Assembly: GCA_038886995.1 (NCBI GenBank)
Contig: JAWALG010000013.1
Location: 1-25,130 of the forward strand
Source of the DNA: Candidatus Iainarchaeum sp.
GTDB lineage: Archaea; Iainarchaeota; Iainarchaeia; Iainarchaeales; DTGL01
Direction of reading: 5' to 3'
Length of the DNA: 25,130 bases
Made by a program: the position numbers and the translations under genes. Below, piece after piece: positions 1 to 8,410 of this stretch (positions are counted from its first letter, which is position 1; every line of letters begins with the position of its first letter). Below the pieces are notes generated by a model, which had not been told where the DNA came from, did not search any database, and was given only the letters and a program-made list of their open reading frames with translations.

Positions 1-2025
1 ACCACCTAAGTTGCTTTCAGATATGCTTTGAGATATGCTTGCCATTGTTAGCACGACTATCTTGAAAAGCGCAGTTGTTATGCCTAAAACAACCGGAGCG
101 ATTATAACAGCCATAGTGCGCATCGTAACTGTTATCTCATCAATCATTTCTTTAAGCGCTTTCGCAACTTTTTCAGTATTGTCAAGCTGTATTGACAAAG
201 ATGCCAATGTTCTTGCCGCTATGCTAGTGCCTAAGCTTGATGCATCCACAACTAGGCGCATACCTGTTTTTATTACCTCTGACGGTATCCTTGCAACAGA
301 GCCAAACTTCTGGTCAAAAACAGCGCTGTCCAAAGGCATACCAAGCAGCGTTATATTATCAATTGTTTTTGAGAAAACCTGCCTGCTTATCAACGCGTTA
401 GGCAGGAAATCAATTGTCTGCTTAAGCACTTCCTCCATAGGCCTGTTTTCACCTAAGCGAGATGCCATAATGTAGAGGGCATCCTTAAACTCGCTTTCCA
501 TTGCAGATATTTCGAGCTGTATCTTTCGTTTGTATTTGGCTGGATAATATAACAAGATAAAGAGGCATAGAGAGAAAGTCAATATCAGCCCAAACCAAAG
601 GTTGTAAGGTGTTATGTCATTTTCTTTTGTCATAAAAAATATCTTCTTTTCAAAAAGTACCTTTGTTTCAGCTTTTCTTTCCGCATCAGCGCTCTTTGTC
701 TCGGAATAACTGCTCAAGTATTGCCTGTAAAGCACACCATCAGGTATGTCAAAATAGTTTTCCTGGTAACCGCTTCTTTCAAGTACTTCTTTCTCTGTGC
801 GGTCAGCCCTTATTATCTGCACGGGTGTTTCGACATATTCTGACTTTAACATGCTTTTTGGTGGGAATCCTTCCTGATGAAAATAGTAAGACGCAATGAC
901 ACCAACAAAAGCAACAATTGCAACGAGCAGAAATATGTCAATATAGGTGTTTCCAAGCCGCACCTTGTTTTTTGGGGGCAAGCCAGGATAGTCGTCAGGT
1001 ATTTCTGGGGCTTCCTGCGTAGGTGGCCTTTGCTTTAAAATACCCAGCGCAAAGTATAGAAGCCCAAGAGGTATTGCTATGTTATACAATGCAATTATTA
1101 CAAGAGGGTTGGCAAGCGGCAGGCCGCTGAATACAGAACCAATTGGCAATATTATCATCAGTATCAGAGGCAAGAGAACACCAACAAAAAATAGCACTAC
1201 TGCTGGCTGCCTTAAGCTTCTTGCATAAGTGTCCATCTTTTCCTTAATTGTTGCTAATAGCTCGTCCATTGTTTTGTTTAGCACAGTGTCCCTTTTTGCT
1301 TCGGTGTCCTCTAACACAGATGCCCTTATTCTCACAAGTGCACGCTTGAATTCTGGCGCGTATGAACCCCATCTGTAGGCCAGCCTGTCTAGGCCTTCAG
1401 TTATTGTGGTATATATGCCAGTGCTTATATCCCATGTAAGCTTCTTAAACTCTTCAGCAATTTTTCCTCTTCCGTGATCTGCAGAAAACTCAACCGCTTT
1501 TTCAAGGTTTGGTGTTAGCTTCATTGACATTATCATATAGCCAACAATTTCAGGTATGTAGCCAAGCGCTTTTTTTTGCTCTGCTTGGGCTGCAGATATT
1601 GGGTATCGATATATGTAATTTGCTATTGAAAGTGCAGCAACTACAAGCAATGCAAGCACTGCATATTGGCTATATGGTACTGTTGCCAAAGTTTTGGAAA
1701 TAGGGCTTGCAACTACAACCAACCAAGCAGCAAAAGCTGCAAAGACAAGCAAAAGCGCTGTGAAATTTACTGCTGCTGAAAACTCTTCAGGCCTAAGGTC
1801 CCAGCCGAGGAACTCAATTGCATTGTTGTGTTCCTCAGGGAATTTCTTCTGTGCGCCAATTGCAGGTACCTTTGATGCAATCATCTTACAAAATCGCACA
1901 TACCTCGGCATCTTTTTTTTCAAGAGCTTGCCTTCGCCTCCTTCTGGCAATCCGCGTTCCACCACAATGCCTTTATACAATTGACCTATCGTATAACCGG
2001 CGCTTTTCTTCTGTCTTTCAGGCAT
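1..2025 (-). CDS. Type IV pilus/T2SS-F membrane platform protein (ArlJ/TadB-TadC-like, two T2SS-F domains), 3'-truncated by the window edge
   Basis: Not in the ORF track because it has no stop in the window. ATG at 2025, 12 nt after the ATPase stop, with a GTGGT RBS-like motif. Manual translation of most of the frame shows no stop and it is still in frame at position 1 (675 codons): MPERQKKSAG...ALGYIPEIVGYMIMSMKLTPNLEKAVEFSADHGRGKIAEEFKKLTWDI...LFFVGVLLPLILMIILPIG...ESEFKDALYIMASRLGENRPMEEVL. Two T2SS-F-like helical segments, each near TM helices, and adjacent to a secretion ATPase. Confidence 0.88.
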   Translation of the reverse strand, partial: MPERQKKSAGYTIGQLYKGIVVERGLPEGGEGKLLKKKMPRYVRFCKMIASKVPAIGAQKKFPEEHNNAIEFLGWDLRPEEFSAAVNFTALLLVFAAFAAWLVVVASPISKTLATVPYSQYAVLALLVVAALSIANYIYRYPISAAQAEQKKALGYIPEIVGYMIMSMKLTPNLEKAVEFSADHGRGKIAEEFKKLTWDISTGIYTTITEGLDRLAYRWGSYAPEFKRALVRIRASVLEDTEAKRDTVLNKTMDELLATIKEKMDTYARSLRQPAVVLFFVGVLLPLILMIILPIGSVFSGLPLANPLVIIALYNIAIPLGLLYFALGILKQRPPTQEAPEIPDDYPGLPPKNKVRLGNTYIDIFLLVAIVAFVGVIASYYFHQEGFPPKSMLKSEYVETPVQIIRADRTEKEVLERSGYQENYFDIPDGVLYRQYLSSYSETKSADAERKAETKVLFEKKIFFMTKENDITPYNLWFGLILTFSLCLFILLYYPAKYKRKIQLEISAMESEFKDALYIMASRLGENRPMEEVLKQTIDFLPNALISRQVFSKTIDNITLLGMPLDSAVFDQKFGSVARIPSEVIKTGMRLVVDASSLGTSIAARTLASLSIQLDNTEKVAKALKEMIDEITVTMRTMAVIIAPVVLGITTALFKIVVLTMASISQSISESNLGG

Positions 2026-2037
2026 AAAACCACTACT

Positions 2038-4326
2038 TCATTTTTTTATTAGCCTGGGTATTATACGCTCATTGAGCCATTTCTTCCACTGCTCAAGTAT
2101 TTCATCGTAATTTACTTTGCCAAACTCCCTTACCTGCTTTTCCCTCAAAAGCATAAGCTTGTCGTTTGCCATTGACGCTGTATCCGCCTCAAGAAGCTCA
2201 GGTATGTCATGCTTGTTTTTCATTTCCACAAGATAGCGTTTTGACTCTGCGCGCATTCTTATGTCCTTCCACATCTCTTCAATTGTTTGCCCTGATACTC
2301 TGGAAATTTTGTCCAAAAGCTCTGACTCCTTAAGGTTGTCTTCTAAAAGCTCGAGGTTATCTTCTTTTGCAGAATACCTCATGAGATCTAAGAGGCCGCC
2401 TTCCCTAGCCGGTTCCTCAACCCAGTGTTTCCTTATCTCCGTTATCTCAACAACGCGCCTATGGCTTTTCAATGATCCGTAAAACCTTATTGGCCTCGCT
2501 GTAACAACAATGTCCGTTGCCTTGAAAGAAGTCGTAGGAACTTCAAGGTCGTTGACAACACGGTCCCAGACAGCATAAGCTGAGTCACCATGTATGGTTC
2601 CAATTACAACATTTCCTGCTGCACCTATGCGCATTGCTTCATATAGTGTCCTGGCTTCTTTTGAGCGTACCTCACCGATAACAAGCGCACTGTTACCCAA
2701 GCGCAAGGCAGTCCTAAGCGCTTCTTCTGGCTCAACTTCCACTTCTGTCTTCGATACACTTATTGGCGACCTTGTTTTTAGGCGCTGTATGTTGAAGCCA
2801 ACCTTTTTCATATATTCTACAGGTATCTCGAGCGTGTCTTCTTGTACAATGATCCTTGTATTTTTAGGAATCTCAAGTACGCATGCACCTAGCAGTGATG
2901 TTTTGCCAGAGCCTCGTGAGCCAGTAACAAGCATTGTTGCTTGGTTGTCTATGAGGAATGAAATAAAGCCAGCAGCCAATGGGTTAAGATATTTCACATC
3001 TATAAACTGAGGCAAAGTCCATGGCGTTGTCTTATGCAAGCGGAATGCAAAGGCAACACCATCTGGCGCTAAAGGTGGTCCAATGGCTGCAACCCTTGTC
3101 TCTAGTTCTGGCAGGTCAAAGTCAAGCACAGGGTGCACTTCATCAAAAGGCCTTGCGCTCATTGCCCTTAGCTTAGTTATAAGCGCGGAAGCTTCCCTTT
3201 CAGTATAAAGGATATTTGTAAGGCATTGGTCAAAATCAGAGTGCATAACATAAAGCGGTGTCTGGCCTATTGGAGAGTCAAGGTATATATCCGTAAGCTT
3301 TCTGTCACTAAGAAGTATTTCAAGTATGCCATAACCAACGCTATACCTTGCGACTATTTCACTGAGCTCAACAATTTCTTTTTTATTCAAAGAGATATTG
3401 TGCTGTTGTGCTATCTCCATTATTGTGCTTCTGTATAAGCGTTCAAAATACTCCCTTGATTTTGCGACTGTGCTTAATGATGCCTTTCCCGGCGTATAGC
3501 CAGAGACAATCTCCTTTGCTTTGCTAAGCACAAAATATTTTTCTGGGCTTAAAGTATATTCCGGCGGGTTTATGAAGTAAAGGTTTTGGGTCTGGTTTGG
3601 GTGGCTGAATATCTGTACAGTGCTATTCTTAACTATATACTCATCAAGAAGCTCCATCCCCTCTTCTTCCCTGAAGACAAGGCGTGAGCCAATAAAAGCT
3701 GGCTTTATCTGTGCCTCAAATAATGCTCTGTATATCTCCTTAAACTCAGGCATTTCTTTGAGTTCAGTTAAAAACTTTTTTGTCTGCTTTATAAGTTCGC
3801 ATTCCTCAAAGGCATTCTTGATATAAAGTAGTGTCTTTAGGTAAACAGCTGAACCTGCTTTGTAGTCAGGGCCGCTGCTTGAAAATGTTTCTTTTTCCCT
3901 TGCAATTTCACGGAGGCATGCAAAGTATGCACCTAAAGGGTCATAAGCTATTAGGTCATGTGTTATGGTTACAACCATTTTGTGCCTCGCACTTACAATA
4001 CCCTCATCCTTAAGATATTGTGGATTAACAAGGTTGTTATACGACCAAGGTGCTTCTATGGAGAACTTTTGGATGAGCTTGACGATCTCTTTCAGCAGAA
4101 GGGTTTGCTTTTCATCGTAGATCCGCTCATAGACCTCTGAAAGAACAATCACATCAGCATCAATCTCATTCAGTGCATAGAGCACATGATACATGCAAAC
4201 GCGGTCGTCAGATATTGATGCGTGGTAAACACAAGAGGCGCAGTCAAAGACAAGATGCTTTTTTTTACCCTCTTCCTTGAACGCATAGTCGCCTACTTTG
4301 AAACCGCCAATCTTCATTTTAACCAA
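2038..4326 (-). CDS. Type II/IV secretion system ATPase (VirB11/TadA/ArlI family), pilus assembly motor of locus A
   Basis: 762 aa. Walker A GSRGSGKT, Asp box QEDTLEI, Walker B LVIGEVR, His box GTIHG. Long N-terminal extension with DCASC...VC. Start is TTG 4326 (GAGGCG upstream) or ATG 4317. Confidence 0.95.
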   Translation of the reverse strand: MVKMKIGGFKVGDYAFKEEGKKKHLVFDCASCVYHASISDDRVCMYHVLYALNEIDADVIVLSEVYERIYDEKQTLLLKEIVKLIQKFSIEAPWSYNNLVNPQYLKDEGIVSARHKMVVTITHDLIAYDPLGAYFACLREIAREKETFSSSGPDYKAGSAVYLKTLLYIKNAFEECELIKQTKKFLTELKEMPEFKEIYRALFEAQIKPAFIGSRLVFREEEGMELLDEYIVKNSTVQIFSHPNQTQNLYFINPPEYTLSPEKYFVLSKAKEIVSGYTPGKASLSTVAKSREYFERLYRSTIMEIAQQHNISLNKKEIVELSEIVARYSVGYGILEILLSDRKLTDIYLDSPIGQTPLYVMHSDFDQCLTNILYTEREASALITKLRAMSARPFDEVHPVLDFDLPELETRVAAIGPPLAPDGVAFAFRLHKTTPWTLPQFIDVKYLNPLAAGFISFLIDNQATMLVTGSRGSGKTSLLGACVLEIPKNTRIIVQEDTLEIPVEYMKKVGFNIQRLKTRSPISVSKTEVEVEPEEALRTALRLGNSALVIGEVRSKEARTLYEAMRIGAAGNVVIGTIHGDSAYAVWDRVVNDLEVPTTSFKATDIVVTARPIRFYGSLKSHRRVVEITEIRKHWVEEPAREGGLLDLMRYSAKEDNLELLEDNLKESELLDKISRVSGQTIEEMWKDIRMRAESKRYLVEMKNKHDIPELLEADTASMANDKLMLLREKQVREFGKVNYDEILEQWKKWLNERIIPRLIKK

Positions 4327-4389
4327 CGCCTCTCATTCGTCCCTTATTTAGGATTGATATTTTAACTTATTATTAAATTTAACTTAATT

Positions 4390-4404
4390 GAAAAACTTTA
4401 TATA
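4390..4404 (+). promoter_or_regulatory. Archaeal BRE-TATA promoter of the pilin operon
   Basis: GAAAAAC followed by TTTATATA (4397-4404), about 35 nt upstream of ATG 4439. GGTGGTG RBS at 4429-4435. Confidence 0.7.
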
Positions 4405-4438
4405 GTCCAAAGCGTATTCTAATTTAATGGTGGTGTAA

Positions 4439-4606
4439 ATGGCAATAGGCCTTTTTAAAGATATAAAATCACAGGGTGATTGGTCTGCAGTTTACCTAAT
4501 ACTTGTCTTTGCAATTGTTGCGCTACTTATCATATATATTATAAAGCCAATGTACCAAAACACACAAAAAATAGTCACAAAAACCACTAAGAGTGTGACA
4601 TCATGA
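4439..4606 (+). CDS. Small class III signal peptide protein (Flp-like mini-pilin), 55 aa
   Basis: Manual translation: MAIGLFKDIKS|QGDWSAVYLILVFAIVALLIIYIIKPMYQNTQKIVTKTTKSVTS*. KS|Q cleavage motif followed by a hydrophobic helix. Has its own TATA and RBS. Its TGA overlaps the next ATG (ATGA, 4603-4606). Too short for the ORF track. Confidence 0.85.
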   Translation: MAIGLFKDIKSQGDWSAVYLILVFAIVALLIIYIIKPMYQNTQKIVTKTTKSVTS

Positions 4607-5154
4607 AAGATTTTTGGAAAAAAGGAGGGCACGAGAAGGCCCAGGAATCGGCGCCTTTTGAGGTGCTAATTGCTGTTATCATAATGGGCTTTGTACTTTA
4701 CATTGGCTTTATGGTTATGAGTGATATGCTTAAGCAGGACTGCAACAATCGCATAAGGGCCAGCATTGAAAAATTCCGCTCTGAGCTTGAAAATGTCTCG
4801 GAGCTTAGGAGCAGGTCGAAGATTTACTTCAATCCGCCTACATGCTATAGAAATCAGAAGATAAAGGTTGTTTCAGCAAATGACGAGGTGATATGTGCTT
4901 CTGCATGTGATATCGCGACACCTTCATGCCTTTTCATTCTGGTTGACAGCAGGGATTATGTCGAGCGTTTCTGCCTTAGAACTGCTGTGCAGGTTTACTT
5001 TCCAACAACCCTTGACAATTGTCCTGATAGATCCTCAGAAGGTTACACCTTAGTGGATCTTCGCGATGGTATACCAATAGGCCACTATGACTTGGTAAAT
5101 GAGACTCCGCCAAGGCAAACATTTCCAATAGTTTGTGCATATTACAAGAAGTGA
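4603..5154 (+). CDS. Pilin-like protein with class III signal peptide, Cys-rich
   Basis: MKDFWKKGGHEKA|QESAPFEVLIAVIIMGFVLYIG: KA|Q-x-S motif then a hydrophobic helix. Multiple Cys in the globular part. Confidence 0.85.
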   Translation: MKDFWKKGGHEKAQESAPFEVLIAVIIMGFVLYIGFMVMSDMLKQDCNNRIRASIEKFRSELENVSELRSRSKIYFNPPTCYRNQKIKVVSANDEVICASACDIATPSCLFILVDSRDYVERFCLRTAVQVYFPTTLDNCPDRSSEGYTLVDLRDGIPIGHYDLVNETPPRQTFPIVCAYYKK

Positions 5155-5158
5155 TTTT

Positions 5159-5839
5159 ATGATGGAATTCACGCTTAGCAAAATAAACCTTCTCATACTG
5201 GCAATAGCGTTGTTTGCTATCATTGTGGGCTTTGCTTTCTCATTCCGGTCAACACTGCTTTATGACATCTCAAAGAATATCGCGAATAGCTCTGCTGAAA
5301 CAATTTCTCGTGTTGTAAGCCAAAAAGCCCTTTGCGATTCCCAGGAAATAGCTTTCAGGAGGAAGTACTCTTTTTACAACCTAATGGATTTTTATTATGT
5401 TGTGGAGCTTCGGAAAGAGACATCCTCTGGTGCAAACAAACAGCACCTTATAATTGCAATTCTTGAACGCAACGAATATCTAAAAAGACGTGGCACTCCA
5501 ACAGTAGTGAGCTCTTCGCAGCTTGACTTAGATGCAGAATTGCAAATATTTTCTTATGACCAAAAAGAAGCCCTTTTATGCCCAACAGAAAGAACGGTTC
5601 TTGATGTTAGGTCTGCACCAATACCAATAGACCAGCTTACTGCTGTGCATGAGATTTACAAAGGAAAGTCTTATCTTTATCTGATACCCTGCTCAACTAC
5701 AGCCAAGGGCATTTGCGAGCAGAATAAGCAATTAGTGGGCTGTTATTTGTATAGGAAGAGGAAGGACATAAGCAACTGCTTCAATGTTGACATTGCCGAT
5801 TGCGAAAGCAGGAGCGTTCCAACATGCTGGGGTGTTTAA
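5159..5839 (+). CDS. Pilin-like/minor pilin protein, Cys-rich C-terminus, apparently without a cleavable leader
   Basis: ATG 5159 lies 4 nt after the previous stop and is preferred over GTG 5135. MMEFTLSKINLLILAIALFAIIVGFAFSF gives a single N-terminal hydrophobic helix. C-terminal Cys cluster (IPC, GIC, VGC, SNC, ADC, PTC). Sits inside the pilin operon. Confidence 0.7.
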   Translation: MMEFTLSKINLLILAIALFAIIVGFAFSFRSTLLYDISKNIANSSAETISRVVSQKALCDSQEIAFRRKYSFYNLMDFYYVVELRKETSSGANKQHLIIAILERNEYLKRRGTPTVVSSSQLDLDAELQIFSYDQKEALLCPTERTVLDVRSAPIPIDQLTAVHEIYKGKSYLYLIPCSTTAKGICEQNKQLVGCYLYRKRKDISNCFNVDIADCESRSVPTCWGV

Positions 5840-6343
5840 TTGCTAAAAAGAATTAGGGGTTATATTAGCCCAGTTGGGGATGATCTACCAAGCTTAGTTC
5901 CACTGATATTCGCATTGCTGGTTTTCTTCGCATCTTTCTACAGCGCTCACACAATATACAGGCAAACAGCTGCCAATTTCGCCCTAACTTCTAATGCGAT
6001 GGGCATTACCAGCTTTCTTCAAAGCGATCGTGAGATAGACGATTACGCTGAATTTGAGTATATATGCCGCAACCTTAATCCTCGTGGCTATAATTTTAGA
6101 GCAGGCATTGTTGAGTTTAAGCAACCATTTGAGCGCATAGACATCTATGCTTTTGTGAATGAGGGAGCTAGAATATTCTCACAAGATGGCAATTTTTTCT
6201 CGTGCCCTCTAGAGCCAGAGCAGAAGCTCAAGCTAAATAGCAGGGTTGTAGTTCACATGGTACCGGTATCTTATAAGGATATGAGCGCTCTGAGGAAACC
6301 AATAACCAAGCCAATGCTTTTGGTGGTAGTGGTATGGGAGTAA
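5840..6343 (+). CDS. Pilin-like protein with class III signal peptide
   Basis: TTG start abutting the previous stop, GGGGTG RBS. MLKRIRG|YISPVGDDLPSLVPLIFALLVFFASF has an RG| motif followed by a hydrophobic helix. Confidence 0.75.
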   Translation: MLKRIRGYISPVGDDLPSLVPLIFALLVFFASFYSAHTIYRQTAANFALTSNAMGITSFLQSDREIDDYAEFEYICRNLNPRGYNFRAGIVEFKQPFERIDIYAFVNEGARIFSQDGNFFSCPLEPEQKLKLNSRVVVHMVPVSYKDMSALRKPITKPMLLVVVVWE

Positions 6344-7092
6344 AATACTCAAAAGCACAGGCATCAATAACAGATGCGCTTTTTATGCTTATAATTGTTT
6401 CCACTCTTGCAGCAGGTATGGCGTATGTTTCATTTTCATATGGCCGTGGCGTTGAGATAAACCTTCACAAATATTTTAACGAAGATTATGCATCATCTGC
6501 ATTGCGAGCAATGCTTAACTCAAGCATTCCTCGCTTTACATGGGATGAACTAGAAACAGCTGATGAGGTTGATTGGTTACTCACAAAGATGAAAGAGGAC
6601 TATGCAAATACAGGGACAATAGCAGATGATACAAAAATCCTTGCAAAGAGGGTACTTGACAAGATAATGTCCCCAAGGGCGGTGAACTATGATTATCTCG
6701 TGTACTTTTGGACTCCAGCTGATTATGCACCAGATCCAACAGGCAATCCCAGTGGCAACCAGACGGACCGATTTGTATTCGTTTACATGAAAATCAATGA
6801 TATAAAAGGTCCACAAGATGTTGAGCGCTTGGAGTATTTTTGTGAACCACAATTAAAGCTTAACCGTGCCTTAAACCTGGTTTTGCAGCATGCACCAAAC
6901 TCAACAAACACAAGGGTAGTTACACTACTTTTCAAACGCTTTGTCCCTTCTTACAGCGGTAGGGAAAGCAAGAGTGTAGTGATATTTGCAGGTCTTATGA
7001 TGTGGCATTCAGCGGGTGTTTTACCCGGGGCAGAAAATGAGAGCATAATAGGCCCAAATAGCCTTAATTGCACACGAGTAAATGATACTTAA
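6334..7092 (+). CDS. Pilin-like protein with class III signal peptide
   Basis: MGVKYSKA|QASITDALFMLIIVSTLAAGMAYV: KA|Q-x-S-x-x-D motif and hydrophobic helix. Overlaps the upstream gene; GGTAGTGGT upstream. Confidence 0.85.
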   Translation: MGVKYSKAQASITDALFMLIIVSTLAAGMAYVSFSYGRGVEINLHKYFNEDYASSALRAMLNSSIPRFTWDELETADEVDWLLTKMKEDYANTGTIADDTKILAKRVLDKIMSPRAVNYDYLVYFWTPADYAPDPTGNPSGNQTDRFVFVYMKINDIKGPQDVERLEYFCEPQLKLNRALNLVLQHAPNSTNTRVVTLLFKRFVPSYSGRESKSVVIFAGLMMWHSAGVLPGAENESIIGPNSLNCTRVNDT

Positions 7093-7096
7093 AACA

Positions 7097-7795
7097 TTAC
7101 TTTTTCTTTTTCTTATCTTCGCTTGTAAGCTCTTCAAGTTCTCTGAACAGTGATTCATCCTTTTCCTTGTCACCCAGTGAAAGTTCACCTTCACCCAGAT
7201 CATCTTCCTCTAAAGACCCTTTTTTGAGCTCTGCCAATATTTCTTCATCGCTTGGTATTTTTTTGGGTTCTTGCTTTTGCTGCTTTTGTTGAACTGCTTG
7301 TTTAACTATTTCTTTTTCAGGATCTTTTCTCAGAAAGGACAAGCGCTCTTTTACTTTTTTCACTTCTTTTTCCTTAGTTGCTTCTTCTTTTTGTTTTTCA
7401 GAAAAAGATGTGCTTTTTGGCTCCTTTATGTGCTCATAAATGTTGTTCACAATCTCCTCTATATCTGCCTTTGTAAGCTGCTCAGTGCTTTTTCTCTTTT
7501 CCCTTATGCTTTTCTCAACAATCTTTTCTGCTTCCTCTTTGCTCATCTGGTCAAATATCCTCTCGGAAAGAAGTATAAGTTCCTCTTTTGCAAGGTGATC
7601 AAGCTTTTCCCTTAGTTCCTCTATTATTCTCTGTTTTTCAGCTTCCCTTATGTCCGGCATGCTTGTTATGTGCCTTGATACTGCTGCCACTATGCGTTTT
7701 TTGTTCCTAAAAAACCTCCTTTTTCTTCTCGGAATCGAACTTAGGTCTATGTGTTGAATCACATGGTATGTTGTAATTCCTGTTTCATCCATCAT
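7097..7795 (-). CDS. Hypothetical highly charged (Glu/Lys-rich) soluble protein
   Basis: 232-aa ORF with a GTGGT RBS-like motif. Basic patch RRKRRFFRNKKR, helical E/K-rich middle and acidic C-terminal region. No family recognised. Confidence 0.8.
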   Translation of the reverse strand: MMDETGITTYHVIQHIDLSSIPRRKRRFFRNKKRIVAAVSRHITSMPDIREAEKQRIIEELREKLDHLAKEELILLSERIFDQMSKEEAEKIVEKSIREKRKSTEQLTKADIEEIVNNIYEHIKEPKSTSFSEKQKEEATKEKEVKKVKERLSFLRKDPEKEIVKQAVQQKQQKQEPKKIPSDEEILAELKKGSLEEDDLGEGELSLGDKEKDESLFRELEELTSEDKKKKK

Positions 7796-7813
7796 ACCAC
7801 TTTACATATAAAA

Positions 7814-7839
7814 GCAAAACCTATTTATATATGTTTTTG
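7814..7839. promoter_or_regulatory. Candidate bidirectional TATA box between divergent genes
   Basis: TTTATATA at 7824-7831 on + reads TATATAAA on -. A-rich BRE-like flanks on both strands (GCAAAAC on +, CAAAAAC on -). The 58-bp spacer separates starts at 7795(-) and 7854(+). Confidence 0.5.
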
Positions 7840-7853
7840 TTTTAATTAGTCAG

Positions 7854-8390
7854 ATGGCAGGCCTTATTGACAACCTATCAGCATTTTTTTTCTCCATATT
7901 TGATTTACTGAGAGGTACTTTTCCCTTTGCAGTTCTGTTCTTTTTTTTGGCAATTCTTGGCAAATATATTCAAGTTAAGCTACAGAAGAGATTTAAGATT
8001 TCATGGTTCTATAGCGCCATTATAATTGCCTTTTCGTTTTCAGTCATTGCTGTTTCTTTAGCCTATATTTTTCCCTACATGCTCTCCTTGCCACGAGAGC
8101 AGCTCGGCGAAATACCCCACGAGATAAAGCCAGGGCTTTCTGAGATGGTGCTTTATTTAGTTGGCGCAATATTCAAAATTCTAATAATATCGCTATTCTT
8201 TGCAATGCTTTCAATGCCATTCGTTTTTCTGGCAAGCTTTATTGCAAGGGCTTTGGAGCGCAAGAAGTTCAATAAAAAAGTTGCCCTTTTTATTTCAACC
8301 TACTTTTGCTTGGTAATATTCTTTGCACTTTTCTTTTTTTTCATGGAGCCAATTCTGCTCGGTGTGCTTTACTATCTCTATTCAAGCTGA
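7854..8390 (+). CDS. Hypothetical integral membrane protein (about 4 TM helices)
   Basis: 178 aa with four long hydrophobic stretches separated by basic loops (KLQKRFK, ERKKFNKK). ATG about 23 nt after the TATA, compatible with a leaderless transcript. Confidence 0.8.
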   Translation: MAGLIDNLSAFFFSIFDLLRGTFPFAVLFFFLAILGKYIQVKLQKRFKISWFYSAIIIAFSFSVIAVSLAYIFPYMLSLPREQLGEIPHEIKPGLSEMVLYLVGAIFKILIISLFFAMLSMPFVFLASFIARALERKKFNKKVALFISTYFCLVIFFALFFFFMEPILLGVLYYLYSS

Positions 8391-8410
8391 AATTTGGAAA
8401 TAGGCCTTGC

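Noticed and set aside
35-2027. Plus-strand ORFs 35-475, 663-899, 1509-1703, 1694-1984 and 1818-2027
   Set aside because: They are antisense shadows of the long minus-strand T2SS-F gene (1-2025) and have no recognisable motifs.
2038-7092. Archaellum (arl/fla) operon
   Set aside because: No ArlH-like or archaellin-like (ArlB) sequences were recognised. The pilin signals and gene layout fit a type IV pilus.
7271-7615. Phe/Leu-rich 114-aa plus-strand ORF resembling a membrane protein
   Set aside because: It is the reverse complement of AAA/GAA-rich codons of the Lys/Glu-rich gene at 7097-7795.
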